From: Macrostomum lignano
Lineage: Eukaryota
Length of the DNA stretch: 64,000 nucleotides
NCBI GenBank assembly: GCA_002269645.1
Contig: NIVC01001134.1
Location: 289,691-353,690, forward strand
Direction of reading: 5' to 3'
The translations under genes were made by a program, and so were the position numbers. Below are positions 39,772 through 50,784 of the stretch, piece by piece. Numbering within the stretch: the first letter of the stretch is position 1; every line of letters begins with the position of its first letter. The notes below the pieces were generated by a model. It made no database searches. It saw only the letters and a program-made list of their open reading frames with translations, and was not told the origin of the DNA.

Positions 39772-40609
39772 CTCCTTAGCGACATGTCCTTGACTTGAAG
39801 AAGACTGGCTCGATATGCAAACTTGAAGAAGACAAAACGCAGGATTAATAGCGTCTCTCTTGAGCATGTTGGAGTGAGCAGGCTTTGAGCAGTTTTTTGT
39901 TGTTCAATTCTAAAAGTTGACTATCGCATCAATCTATCATCTGTCATGGAAGTCGCCTCTCATTGCGTGTTAGATTTACTCAACATTACAGCATGTGCCT
40001 AACGTTATTGCCCTTTCAAATCTCTGATGAACGCCAGTCGGACCTCTTGATAAGCTAATATAATATATTGCTTATTTATCGTTGCAGAGTTTGATAAAAG
40101 TTTTTGTAGATGCGTATCTAACTTAGTTTTAGATGTTTTTGTGTAATAATCGTCTCCCCTGTCTGTCGTTGAATAATTTCATTCCTGGTTTCTTATGCCG
40201 CCTAACCACGACAGTATTTGATCTATTTTCTTAATGTAAGCTTTTCACGAAATTGCGTCTAAAAGGGACTTGATGTGCCATTTGACAGTGCTGCAAGTTT
40301 TAAATATACACTGTAAAACATGTATATAAGAGACAAAACTTGTCTCGCTATGATTTCATTCCAAGCTGAACTGGTCTGCTCGTGTATTCTATGCATTCGT
40401 TTCCCAGGCTGCTTCAGACTGGTATTCAGACTGGTCCTAGTGTTATACTAAAGTGGTCCTTGACTTGCTCATGTGCAGCATGTTGTGCATGCGAGACGGC
40501 AAGCCCCCTCCACAAAAAAAACTGATCGTAAAAAGTGCACGAACTTTTGGTTCATCCTTGTAATAAATCAGTAGGAGTCTGCAGCCACTTCATCCCCGCA
40601 TATTTCCAG

Positions 40610-41188
40610 GAATCGGAGGCTTCCCAAATCGCAGCCCTGGAGCGCCAGGAGCTCGCCAGCCCGCCGCTAGACAATCAGCAAGCAGGCCGCCTGCTGCTGC
40701 TCTACCTGCTTAGCGGCGACCTGTGCAATGCGCGCCTGTTATGGCGCCGGACTCCTCAGGCGCTGCGCTCCGGCGCCAGCCAGCCTCTGGCTAATATCTG
40801 GCGCTGCGGCGCCGCGCTGTTCTCGCGCGACTATTCAACATTCTACACAGCTGCGGCGGACGCGGCTGCCTCGACAGCGGCGCCGATGCCACCGGATCTG
40901 GCCGACCTGCTGGCAAGGCTGGTGACGAAGACCCGGCGGGATCGCGCCGCCGCCCTGGCCGCCGCCTACTCCTGCATCGGCCGCGCCCGCCTCGCCAAGG
41001 AGGTCGGCGTGTCGCCCAGCGGCGTCGCCGAAGCCCTGCCCAACTGGCGAGTCGGCCCCGACCAGGGCGACAGCGGCTTCCTGGCCCCGCCTGAGCCCGC
41101 CGCCACCGCCGCCGATGCCCCGCTGATGGACACCTTTGAAGCTATTCAGAAACTCAGCGCCACCATCGGCTTTGTGGAGAACCACTGA
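40610..41188 (+). CDS. COPS8: COP9 signalosome subunit 8; coding exon has no genomic ATG
   Basis: ERQELASP...LLLLYLLSGDLCNARLLWRRTP...IWRCGAALFSRDYSTFY...AAAYSCI...IQKLSATIGFVEN parallels CSN8 ([45 protein letters not shown]). Acceptor TTTCCAG ends at 40609. Confidence 0.9.
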   Translation, partial: ESEASQIAALERQELASPPLDNQQAGRLLLLYLLSGDLCNARLLWRRTPQALRSGASQPLANIWRCGAALFSRDYSTFYTAAADAAASTAAPMPPDLADLLARLVTKTRRDRAAALAAAYSCIGRARLAKEVGVSPSGVAEALPNWRVGPDQGDSGFLAPPEPAATAADAPLMDTFEAIQKLSATIGFVENH

Positions 41189-41229
41189 GTCTTTGTTGCG
41201 CTCTTTCCCTCGTCTGATTCTGTCCTCTC

Positions 41230-41565
41230 CCTGACCTCTCCTACCCTCCTACCCTTCCCTCCTACCCTCCTACCCTTCCCTCCTACCCTCCTACCCTTCC
41301 CTCCTACCCTCCTACCCTTCCCTCCTACCCTCCTGCCCTCTTCTCCTACCCCTCCTACCCTCTTCTCCTACCCCTCCTACCCCTCCTACCCCTCCTCCTC
41401 CTACCCCTCCTACCCTCTTCTCCTACCCCTCCTACCCTCCTCCTACCCCTCCTACCCTCTTCTCCTACCCCTCCAACCCTCCTCCTACCCCTCCTACCCT
41501 CTTCTCCTACCCCTCCTACCCTCCTCTCCTACCCCTCCTACCCTCCTCTCCTACCCTTTTGCCCT
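41230..41565. repeat. Pyrimidine-rich (CCT/CCTACC) repeat
   Basis: Direct reading. Confidence 0.9.
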
Positions 41566-41939
41566 TCCCTCCTGCAGTCATCTGTCACCCTCTGCTTCCT
41601 ATTTTCCTCACCTTTCTCCTCTGTTCATTACCATCCTATACAGGCCCGCATAGTGGAGCGACATGAGCTAGCTAGCTGTCAACGGATTGTCACTCATTGT
41701 CAGTATCCCGGATTTCTAGACCTACTTCTCAGTCCCGATGCTAATCTATCACCAGTTTCAATTACTTGAAGTACTCTTAGCTATATTGAATATTGTATCA
41801 GTCCTATTGTCTGATTCTAAAGTAATACAATTATACATGTTTTTCCCGCTTGTAAATGAGGGATATCAATTTTTTAATCGGCTTTCGTGTTGCCTTTAAA
41901 CTTAATTTGTATTATGTTTTTCTACAGTTAACTCATTTT

Positions 41940-42305
41940 GTCTCATTTCATACTGTCTTATCTCATGTAATCTCATGTAATCTCGTCTCATCTCATGTAA
42001 TCTCATGTAATCTCGTCTCATCTCATGTAATCTCATGTAATCTCGTCTCATCTCATGTAATCTCATGTAATCTCGTCTCATCTCATGTAATCTCATGTAA
42101 TCTCGTCTCATCTCATGTAATCTCATGTAATCTCGTCTTATCTCATCTAATCTCATTTCATCTCGTCTTATCTCATCTAATCTTATTTCATCTCGTCTCA
42201 TCTCATGTAATCTCATTTCATCTCGTCTTATCTCATCAAATCTTATTTTATCTCGTCTCATATCCTCTAGTCTCATTTCATCTTGTCTTGTCACATCTCA
42301 TCTCA
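41940..42305. repeat. 30-bp/(ATCTC)-based minisatellite
   Basis: Direct reading. Confidence 0.9.
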
Positions 42306-42453
42306 TTTTTATTGTCTTATTATTATCCCATTTTGAATCTCTATTAATCTTTTCTCATCTCCTATATCCTAAAATCCTCCCCAATCCGACAGTCATCAGC
42401 TCGTGTTCATCCGTCCCTTTGCTGTCTGTTTGTCCTTCAGCCATCCCGTCCAG

Positions 42454-44177
42454 ATGGCAAGCGAAAAAGAGCCGCGAGACGGGCAGCAGTCGCCGCCGCA
42501 GCCGCAGGGCACGAATGAACCGATCCAGCCGGCCTTGTTGCCATGCCAACCAGCCGCGGCTGGGACGCCGCTAGCCGCCGGTCAGCTGGTGCTGGTGCGG
42601 CACGGGGAGTCAGTTGCCAACGCCAACAGGGAGCTGAGCGGCTGGCAGGACTCAGCGTTGACCAGCCAGGGCGAGGCGCAGGCACTCTGCGTTGCTAGGC
42701 AACTGCGCGAGGCCAACTGGTCGCCTGAGCTGGCCTTCTGCAGCGTCCTGCAGCGGGCCAGGAGGACCTGTCAGATCATCTGCTGCCAGCTGAGCCCTGC
42801 CGCCACTGCCGGCTTTGAGGGCCGGGAGGTGAGATTGGACTGACTGGGATTGGTGAGATTGGACTGGCTGGGATTGGTGAGATTGGACTGGCTGGGAATG
42901 GGATGGGTGAGATTGGACTGGCTGGGATTGGTGAGATTGGACTGGCTGGGAATGGGATGGGTGAGATTGGACTGGCTGGGAATGGGATGGGTGAGATTGG
43001 ACTGGCTGGGATTGGTGAGATTGGACTGGCTATGATGGGTGAGATTTGGACTGGCTGGGTGGGATGAATGAAATTGGACTGGCTGGGAATGGGATGGGTG
43101 AGATTGGACTGGCTGGGAATGGGATGGGTGAGATTGGACTGGCTGGGAATGGGATGGGTGAGATTGGACTGGCTGGGATTGGTGAGATTGGACTGGCTAT
43201 GATGGGTGAGATTTGGACTGGCTGGGTGGGATGAATGAAATTGGACTGGCTGGGATGAATGAGATTGGACTGGCTGGGATTGGTGAGATTGGACTTGCTG
43301 GGATTGGTGAGATTGGACTGACTGGGATTGGTGAGATTGGACTGGCTGGGATTGGTGAGATTGGACTGGCTGGGATGAATGAGATTGGACTGGCTGGGAT
43401 TGGTGAGATTGGACTGGCTGGGATGGGTGAGATTGGACTGGATGGGATGGGTGAGATTGGACTGGCTGGGATGGGTGAGATTTGGACTGGCTGGGTGGGA
43501 TGAATGAGATTGGACTGGCTGGGATTGGTGAGATTTGGACTGGCTGATGGCTGGGATGAGTGAAATTGGACTGGCAGGGTGAGTGATGAGATTGGCAGGG
43601 TGAGTGATGAGATTGGCAGGGTGAGTGATGAGATTGGCAGGGTGAGTGATGAGATTGGCAGGGTGAGTGATGAGATTGGCAGGGTGAGTGATGAGAGTGC
43701 TGTCATATCATGCGAATTAATTCGTTAAACCGCGAACCGCCCCGCTGCGCACCGCAGAGCCCAGTGTGCCCAATTCAGACCTCCTGGCAGCTCAACGAGC
43801 AGATGTACGGCACCCTGGTCGGCCAGGCCAACCGCCGCGGCGTCCTGTCGGCCTGGAACGACCGGCCGCCGCCGCTGGCCCGCAGCGACCCCCTGTGGCC
43901 GGGCCACGAGGCCAAATATGACGGCGTGCCGCGGGACCTGCTGCCCGAGTCCGAGACCTGCCTGGAGGCCTTCGACCGGGTGCGCGGCTACTTTGCCAAG
44001 GCCATCGCGCCGCAGGTGCTGGCCGGCCGCCGGGTGCTTTGGGTCGGCCATGGCGGTGTCTTTCACTCGTTTGTGCTGCGAACTGTCGGCCAGAATGTGC
44101 ACTTTGTCAACTGCCAGCCCTACCTGCTGCTGCTCAACCGCCACGGCTGGCCTGTCGGTATTGAGTCCTGCTTCTGA
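42454..44177 (+). CDS. Cofactor-dependent phosphoglycerate mutase-like (histidine phosphatase branch 1) protein, exons 42454-42828 and 43758-44177; 264 aa
   Basis: LVLVRHGES, LSGWQDSALT, FCSVLQRARRT, SWQLNEQMYG, LPESET, RVLWVGHG; phase-0 splice sites. Confidence 0.85.
42829..43700. repeat. Intronic 21-30-bp repeat whose unit begins with a GTGAG splice donor
   Basis: Unit GTGAGATTGGACTGGCTGGGATTG; terminal sub-array GTGAGTGATGAGATTGGCAGG. Confidence 0.93.
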
Positions 44178-44239
44178 GTTCAGTCTCGTAGCATTCAAGA
44201 TGCTCATGCGAGACTTGACGGCGACTTTGACGCAATTCA

Positions 44240-44383
44240 TTTCTTAGAAACTATTTGAAGGCCGGCTGGTTGGCTTTAACGCAAAGTTGGCACTGCGGAG
44301 ATGTTAACAATGATATTAGTGCCTTTGATCTAAAGTGCAAAGTTCCTTGCTTAGAACTCGGCCTTCAAATAGTTTCTAAGAAA
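44240..44383. other. Perfect 25-bp inverted repeat with 94-bp spacer (MITE-like or hairpin) just after the PGAM-like stop
   Basis: TTTCTTAGAAACTATTTGAAGGCCG (44240-44264) and its reverse complement (44359-44383). Confidence 0.85.
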
Positions 44384-45174
44384 CCGTAGTTTAGTTTTGA
44401 AGAGTTGCCGTTGTCTAAAACAATGCAATGTATTTTGTGGGCGCAGCTTGTTTACCTTCATTGCAGTTCTACGGTAAACATTTCTTTTCCCCGTGTTTCT
44501 AGTCTGGCCTCGGCCTCAGTCACTCTCAAAGTGAGGCATCCCTTTAAAAATGCTTTTTAATCAAATTTATCTGTGCAAAGGTGCTAATGAGCAATGAAGC
44601 CTATTGAACTAAAACTTGCGTTAGACACTACTTAATAGTGCTAATATCTCAGTAGAATGAGGTTATGTATTAGCAATTTGTACAGTCTGCAAGTGCTCAT
44701 TTGTTTCGCTATGCCTATTGTGAAATGATTTTCACTCCAGTTTAAACACTGCAGTGACTAAGGAATATTAATTTACTCTTTAAAGGCACCGCGCTCTGCT
44801 GCTAACCATGTATTAGCTTTTAATTTGTTTACATTATCTGCGCACGCACGACTTGCATTATTTCTGTGAATAATTGTATGTGAGCTTCACTTTCTCATTG
44901 CTCACATGCCGACAACTGAATCGAATCTATGAACTTGTTACGAGGCTTTTTTTAGAGTGGATTGTTTCTTAGTGTATAGTAGAATATCCACAGTTTCACC
45001 TGCAGCCTTCTATGCCACTCTGCTCTCCTGCTTCAATGGTTTATTAATTATATTAATATTAGAATGGCATTGAGCGGAAATTCACTGGTCATCCCGGTCC
45101 TCATTCTGTCGTATATTGTTCTCATTGTTTACTTTTGCTGTATTTATTAAAACTTCTGTGCACAGCATGTTGTT

Positions 45175-47185
45175 ATTTGATAACTTGATGCATCCCAGCT
45201 CATTGATAACTTGATGCATCCCAGCTCATTGATAACTTGATGCATCCCAGCTCATTGATAACTTGATGCATCCCAGCTCATTGATAACTTGATGCATCCC
45301 AGCTCATTGATAACTTGATGCATCTCACTTCATTGATAATTTGATGCATCTCAGTTCATTGATAACTTGATGCATCCCAGTTCATTGATAACTTGATGCA
45401 TCCCACTTCATTGATAACTTGATGCATCCCAGCTCATTGATAACTTGATGCATCCCACTTCATTGATAACTTGATGCATCCCACTTCATTGATAACTTGA
45501 TGCATCCCAGCTCATTGATAACTTGATGCATCCCAGTTCGTTGATAACTTGATGCATCCCAGTTCCCTGATAACTTGATGCATCCCAGTTCATTGATAAC
45601 TTGATGCATCCCAGTTCATTGATAACTTGATGCATCCCAGCTCATTGATAACTTGATGCATCCCAGCTCATTGATAACTTGATGCATCCCAGCTCATTGA
45701 TAACTTAATAAATCTCAGTTCCTTGATAACTTAATAAATCTCAGTTCCTTGATAACTTGATAAATCCCAGCTCATTGATAACTTGATGCATCCCAGCTCA
45801 TTGATAACTTGATGCATCCCAGTTCATTGATAACTTGATGCATCCCAGTTCATTGATAACTTGATGCATCCCACTTCATTGATAACTTGATAAATCCCAG
45901 TTCATTGATAACTTGATGCATCCCAGCTCATTGATAACTTGATGCATCCCAGTTCATTGATAACTTGATGCATCCCAGTTCATTGATAACTTGATGCATC
46001 CCAGTTCCTTGATAACTTAATAAATCTCAGTTCCTTGATAACTTGATAAATCCCAGCTCATTGATAACTTGATGCATCCCAGTTCATTGATAACTTGATG
46101 CATCCCAGTTCATTGATAACTTGATGCATCCCAGTTCATTGATAACTTGATAAATCCCAGTTCATTGATAACTTGATGCATCCCAGTTCATTGATAACTT
46201 GATGCATCCCTGTTCATTGATAACTTGATGCATCCCAGCTCATTGATAACTTAATAAATCTCAGTTCCTTGATAACTTGATGCATCCCAGTTCATTGATA
46301 ACTTGATGCATCCCAGTTCATTGATAACTTGATGCATCCCAGCTCATTGATAACTTGATGCATCCCAGCTCATTGATAACTTGATGCATCCCAGTTCATT
46401 GATAACTTGATGCATCCCAGTTCATTGATAACTTGATGCATCCCAGTTCATTGATAACTTGATGCATCCCTGTTCATTGATAACTTGATGCATCCCTGTT
46501 CATTGATAACTTGATGCATCCCAGCTCATTGATAACTTAATAAATCTCAGTTCCTTGATAACTTGATGCATCCCAGTTCATTGATAACTTGATGCATCCC
46601 AGTTCATTGATAACTTGATGCATCCCAGTTCATTGATAACTTGATGCATCCCAGCTCATTGATAACTTGATGCATCCCAGTTCATTGATAACTTGATGCA
46701 TCCCAGTTCATTGATAACTTGATGCATCCCAGTTCATTGATAACTTGATGCATCCCAGTTCCTTGATAACTTAATAAATCTCAGTTCCTTGATAACTTGA
46801 TAAATCCCAGTTCATTGATAACTTGATGCATCCCAGCTCATTGATAACTTGATGCATCCCTGTTCATTGATAACTTGATGCATCCCAGCTCATTGATAAC
46901 TTAATAAATCTCAGTTCCTTGATAACTTGATGCATCCCAGTTCATTGATAACTTGATGCATCCCAGTTCATTGATAACTTGATGCATCCCTCTTCATTGA
47001 TAACTTGATGCATCCCAGCTCATTGATAACTTGATGCATCTCAGTTCATTGATAACTTGATGCATCCCAGTTCATTGATAACTTGATGCATCCCAGCTCA
47101 TTGATAACTTGATGCATCCCAGTTCATTGATAACTTGATGCATCCCAGCTCATTGATAACTTGATGCATCCCACTTCATTGATGC
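45175..47185. repeat. 26-bp satellite (TTGATAACTTGATGCATCCCAGCTCA), ~2 kb
   Basis: Direct reading. Confidence 0.97.
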
Positions 47186-47788
47186 ATGCAGAAAGCAGAC
47201 GAATTTACACGAGATAATGTTAGATTTACATGCCATGCGTCTTGCTTGTCCATGTTTGAGATTTTATTTATTTATCGTTTCTGCACCTGTCTGTCTGTCC
47301 CTGCCAAAGGTGCAATATCTGAATTCTGTGTTGCTTTTGCCCACCGATTTCATCGCCCACGCTTTTGTTGCATCATGCCGAATCAAAATGATCAGTGACT
47401 GCTTCCACCGTGTTAATTCTCTCATCAGCTGATGTGTGCACTGTTGGTTATGCGCTCTTTTACATATTGGAAAATTACAGTCCTGATTTTAGATTAACTT
47501 TTTTCTTTGTAGCTCCTATTTTGGTTCCGTGTAGAGTTTACTGTCATATAATAAAATACACGTTTAACTTTTATAGAATTTCAGAGCACTTGCTTTAGTA
47601 TATATTTTGTAAGTTTTATTTGCACTTATAAACATAATTTTCCAACTGTGTCCTTTGAGGACCGTTTTTAATGATAGTCAGTTTCTTTCCTTCAGTGCGC
47701 TTGTTTTGCGCAGGTCAGTAGCAAGCAAAGTTTGATAGTTAATTAATTCACCTGTCCGCAGCCTGTTGACTGAGCCGACCCGACGGCC

Positions 47789-48582
47789 ATGGCCCCCTGG
47801 TCGGGTTTTATTGATAGAGTCTCTCGCCGGCTCCTGGCTACGCAGGTGGTGCGCCTGATGCTGCGTTATCAATTTGGCACAGCCCTGCTTGGCGGCCTGT
47901 TCTGCGGTGCCGGACTTGAGTTTTTTATGAATGTCTGGAGCCCGAGGGATATCACTTTCTGTGAGTTCAACTGGCTTAGTTCACTCTGCTTACACGAAAC
48001 TGTACACGTACTTAGCCTAGTGTACACACTTGCGAATCCCATCACCCCACACTAAACTCTACCCCCAATGTACACAACTCGTGAACCCCCTCACCCCACA
48101 GTAAACTCTGCCCCCAATGTACACAACTCGTGAACCCCCTCACCCCACAGTAAACTCTGCCCCCAATGTACACACTTGCGAACCCCTCACCCCACAGTAA
48201 ACTCTGCCCCCAATGTACACACTTGCGAACCCCTCACCCCACACTAAACTCTACCCCCAATGTACACACTTGCGAACCCCTCACCCCACAGTAAACTCTG
48301 CCCCCAATGTACACACTTGCGAACCCCTCACCCCACACTAAACTCTGCCCCCAATGTACACTACCGCGAACCCTCATAAGTAACCTAAAGCAAAGCTTTG
48401 CCCTAAAAGAACAGCCAAACGTGGCCTTCGCAGACAAAATATTCAAGCGCAAGCAAATCGAACGGCAGCTTCAGCTGGAGGAGGCGGCCGAGAGTCCCGA
48501 ACGGCAGCGGCTGTACGAGCAGTTGCGGGCGGAGATCCGCCAGGAGCTGATCGCCTCAGCTGTCAGCAGAGATAAAACCTGA
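47789..48582 (+). CDS. SMIM4: SMIM4/UQCC5-like small mitochondrial membrane protein, exons 47789-47960 and 48434-48582; 106 aa
   Basis: GLFCGAGLEFFMNVWSPRDITF|YKIFKRKQIERQLQ resembles SMIM4 FFVLGGTMEWIMIKVRVGQETFYDVYRRKASERQYQ; phase-1 intron GTGAGT...TTCGCAG. Confidence 0.7.
48030..48360. repeat. 47-bp minisatellite filling the SMIM4-like intron
   Basis: Units at 48165, 48212, 48259 and onward. Confidence 0.93.
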
Positions 48583-48974
48583 TGAACTTTCCCCCTCTGG
48601 CGCCTTCCAGACTACAAAATTATTCGCGTAATTCGTTAAAGAGCATGTACTTCAGAGTGCATTTTGTGCGAGCTAACTTATTTCGCCTTCTACGCTCGTA
48701 GTAAACTAATTGATTGCTTCTGACTATTGATAGTAGTTTGTGTTTAATTAGCCTCTGAAGCATGTGCTTTCTGAGGCATTCAAATCGTTTCTCTTCGACT
48801 TGGTTTACTAACGCCTTTTTGCTTTCTGAGTTTAGATTTTCAAAGAAAGAACAAAACTGATAAGTCAGGGCAGTTGTGCCTGTTCTGTTAATAATTTGAA
48901 GCCGTTTTAATTTTCTATCACCAAACCGCGCCATTCACCAGTCTCACTAAACTGTCCAAAACAGTTTGGTTGGT

Positions 48975-48980
48975 TTTATT
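48975..48980 (-). terminator. AATAAA polyadenylation signal of the mucin-like gene
   Basis: TTTATT on +, 32 nt past the stop codon. Confidence 0.6.
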
Positions 48981-49012
48981 CGAGTTGGGAGTCTGCTGGT
49001 CATCTGTCGTCA

Positions 49013-49999
49013 TCACCAGTCTTGGCCGATGCCGTTGCCGAAATGCAAGCTGTATTCCATCTCGAGAAGCAGCTTCAGATCGTCCAGGTTGAGGCCTTGC
49101 CTCTGCAGCCACCTGTCCAGCTTGGCCAGCAACTTCTGGATGATGTCGTCCACCGGCGGCTCCACCGGCGGTTCTACCGGCCGCTGCTGCCAATGACGGC
49201 GTCGGCAGCGGCGTCGGCGGCGTCGGCATCTGCGGCCACGGCGACCACGCGGGCAGTCCCAGTTGCATTTTGGCGGCTCCGGCGCCTCAGTGGTTGTAGC
49301 GCCTGTTGTCACTTCGGTGGTTGTTGTGGTCGCTTCGGTGGTTGTTGTCGGCGCTTCAGTGGTTGTTGTCGGCGCTTCGGAGGTTGTTGTCGGCGCTTCG
49401 GTGGTTGTTGTCGGCGCTTCGGAGGTTGTTGTCGGCGCTTCGGTGGTTGTTGTCGGCGCTTCGGTGGTTGTTGTCGGCGCTTCGGAGGTTGTTGTCGGCG
49501 CTTCGGTGGTTGTTGTCGGCGCTTCGGTGGTTGTCGGCGCTTCGGAGGTTGTTGTCGGCGCTTCGGTGGTTGTTGTCGGCGCCTCAGTGGTTGTTGTCGG
49601 CGCCTCAGTGGTTGTCGGCGCCTCAGTGGTTGTTGTCGGCGCTTCAGTGGTTGTTGTTAGCGCTTCGGTGGTTGTTGGCGGCGCCTTAGTGGTTGTTGTC
49701 TGTGCCTCAGTGGTTGTTGCTGCTGCTACGCCACAGGAGCCCTTTGCCTCGCAGTTGGACTTGAGACTTTTCTCCAGGTTGGCCCGGTAGGCCGCTCTGC
49801 CAGTTTCGCTCGTGCAAGTGGCGCTGGTGGACATCTGGTTGCAGAAGGCGTTCACCCGCTCCAAGCTGTAGAGTCGCAGGCAGCTCATGCACGCGTTGCA
49901 AGTGCTGCTGGCGATGCAGGTTCGAACGTCCGTTGCGGCGGTCGCCAGTGGAGCAGCCGTCGCTGCTAGAAGCAGCAAGGTGGACAGACAAAAAATCAT
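49013..49999 (-). CDS. Secreted protein, 328 aa: signal peptide, 8-Cys domain, Thr-rich mucin repeats (TTTEAP), Arg/Cys-rich segment, helical C-terminus
   Basis: Hydrophobic N-terminus MIFCLSTLLLLAATAAPLATA; uninterrupted ORF; TATA box upstream and AATAAA downstream. Confidence 0.85.
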   Translation of the reverse strand: MIFCLSTLLLLAATAAPLATAATDVRTCIASSTCNACMSCLRLYSLERVNAFCNQMSTSATCTSETGRAAYRANLEKSLKSNCEAKGSCGVAAATTTEAQTTTTKAPPTTTEALTTTTEAPTTTTEAPTTTEAPTTTTEAPTTTTEAPTTTSEAPTTTEAPTTTTEAPTTTSEAPTTTTEAPTTTTEAPTTTSEAPTTTTEAPTTTSEAPTTTTEAPTTTTEATTTTTEVTTGATTTEAPEPPKCNWDCPRGRRGRRCRRRRRRCRRRHWQQRPVEPPVEPPVDDIIQKLLAKLDRWLQRQGLNLDDLKLLLEMEYSLHFGNGIGQDW

Positions 50000-50076
50000 A
50001 TTTTACCTTCAAGTGTAGTCTTATTTTACTGAAGAAACCAGTCAGAACTCGAGCAGCTTTTTCTCATAAATCGGAG

Positions 50077-50084
50077 CTTTTATA
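50077..50084 (-). promoter_or_regulatory. TATA box (TATAAAAG) of the mucin-like gene
   Basis: Consensus match 77 nt upstream of ATG 49999. Confidence 0.65.
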
Positions 50085-50784
50085 ACCGCCTTGAGCTGTC
50101 CACTTCCTGCACCTGGTCCGCAACGGTTTCAGCCGATTTGGAGCAATTCCGGGATTTCAATTTCCTGTTTCACCCTTGAGGATCTTTCCGGAGGTTGAAT
50201 GCAGTTTCAATAAGGAAGGCAGAACAAGTTCTCAGCTTACGGGCTAAGTCCATGAGATTGCATATGTTAAAACTTTGAGAATTTCAGAGGCGAGTTTATT
50301 GCAGAAAAAAAGTTCTGTGGACTATTTTTGCTAAAGCTGAAGTTAAATTCTCCAACTGGGATTAATGTCAAGGTTGACATTGTATCAGTGGAATGCGTGG
50401 CATTGTTTGGAACACCTGCATCTGCCATGCGTACAAGTGCAAATTGTTTGTTCATGCATTATGAGGGTTTTGCAAGATGCGGAAATACGACTTCAATTCG
50501 TTGGGAAATTTACACAGCGAAAAATTCTGATCATTGGTAAATTTGCACACACACACACAACTTCATTTTGTAAGTGCCCGACCTCATCAATAGCTAACCT
50601 GCCCACTGTTGCCAGCTGTTTGTGCGCATAAAATTTTGTAAATCGGTTAACATGTTTTGCTGAGATGTCCCTACAAATATAGGTCACTAACAGTAAAGTA
50701 GTGGAACAACATGATGGTGTCAACGTTTCTTGGAGTACTCTGTGACCGCGGCAGTAAACGATAGGCAATTAGACAGCTAAGTTT

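Noticed and set aside
24473-41188. Functional clustering of an F-box gene with CSN8 (SCF regulator)
   Set aside because: They are 12 kb apart with repeats and an unrelated gene between; proximity alone is not evidence.
49958-50007. Possible short intron (GTAAAA...TTCTAG on -) overlapping the mucin-like signal peptide
   Set aside because: No upstream ATG exon; the TATA spacing and intact hydrophobic leader favour ATG 49999.
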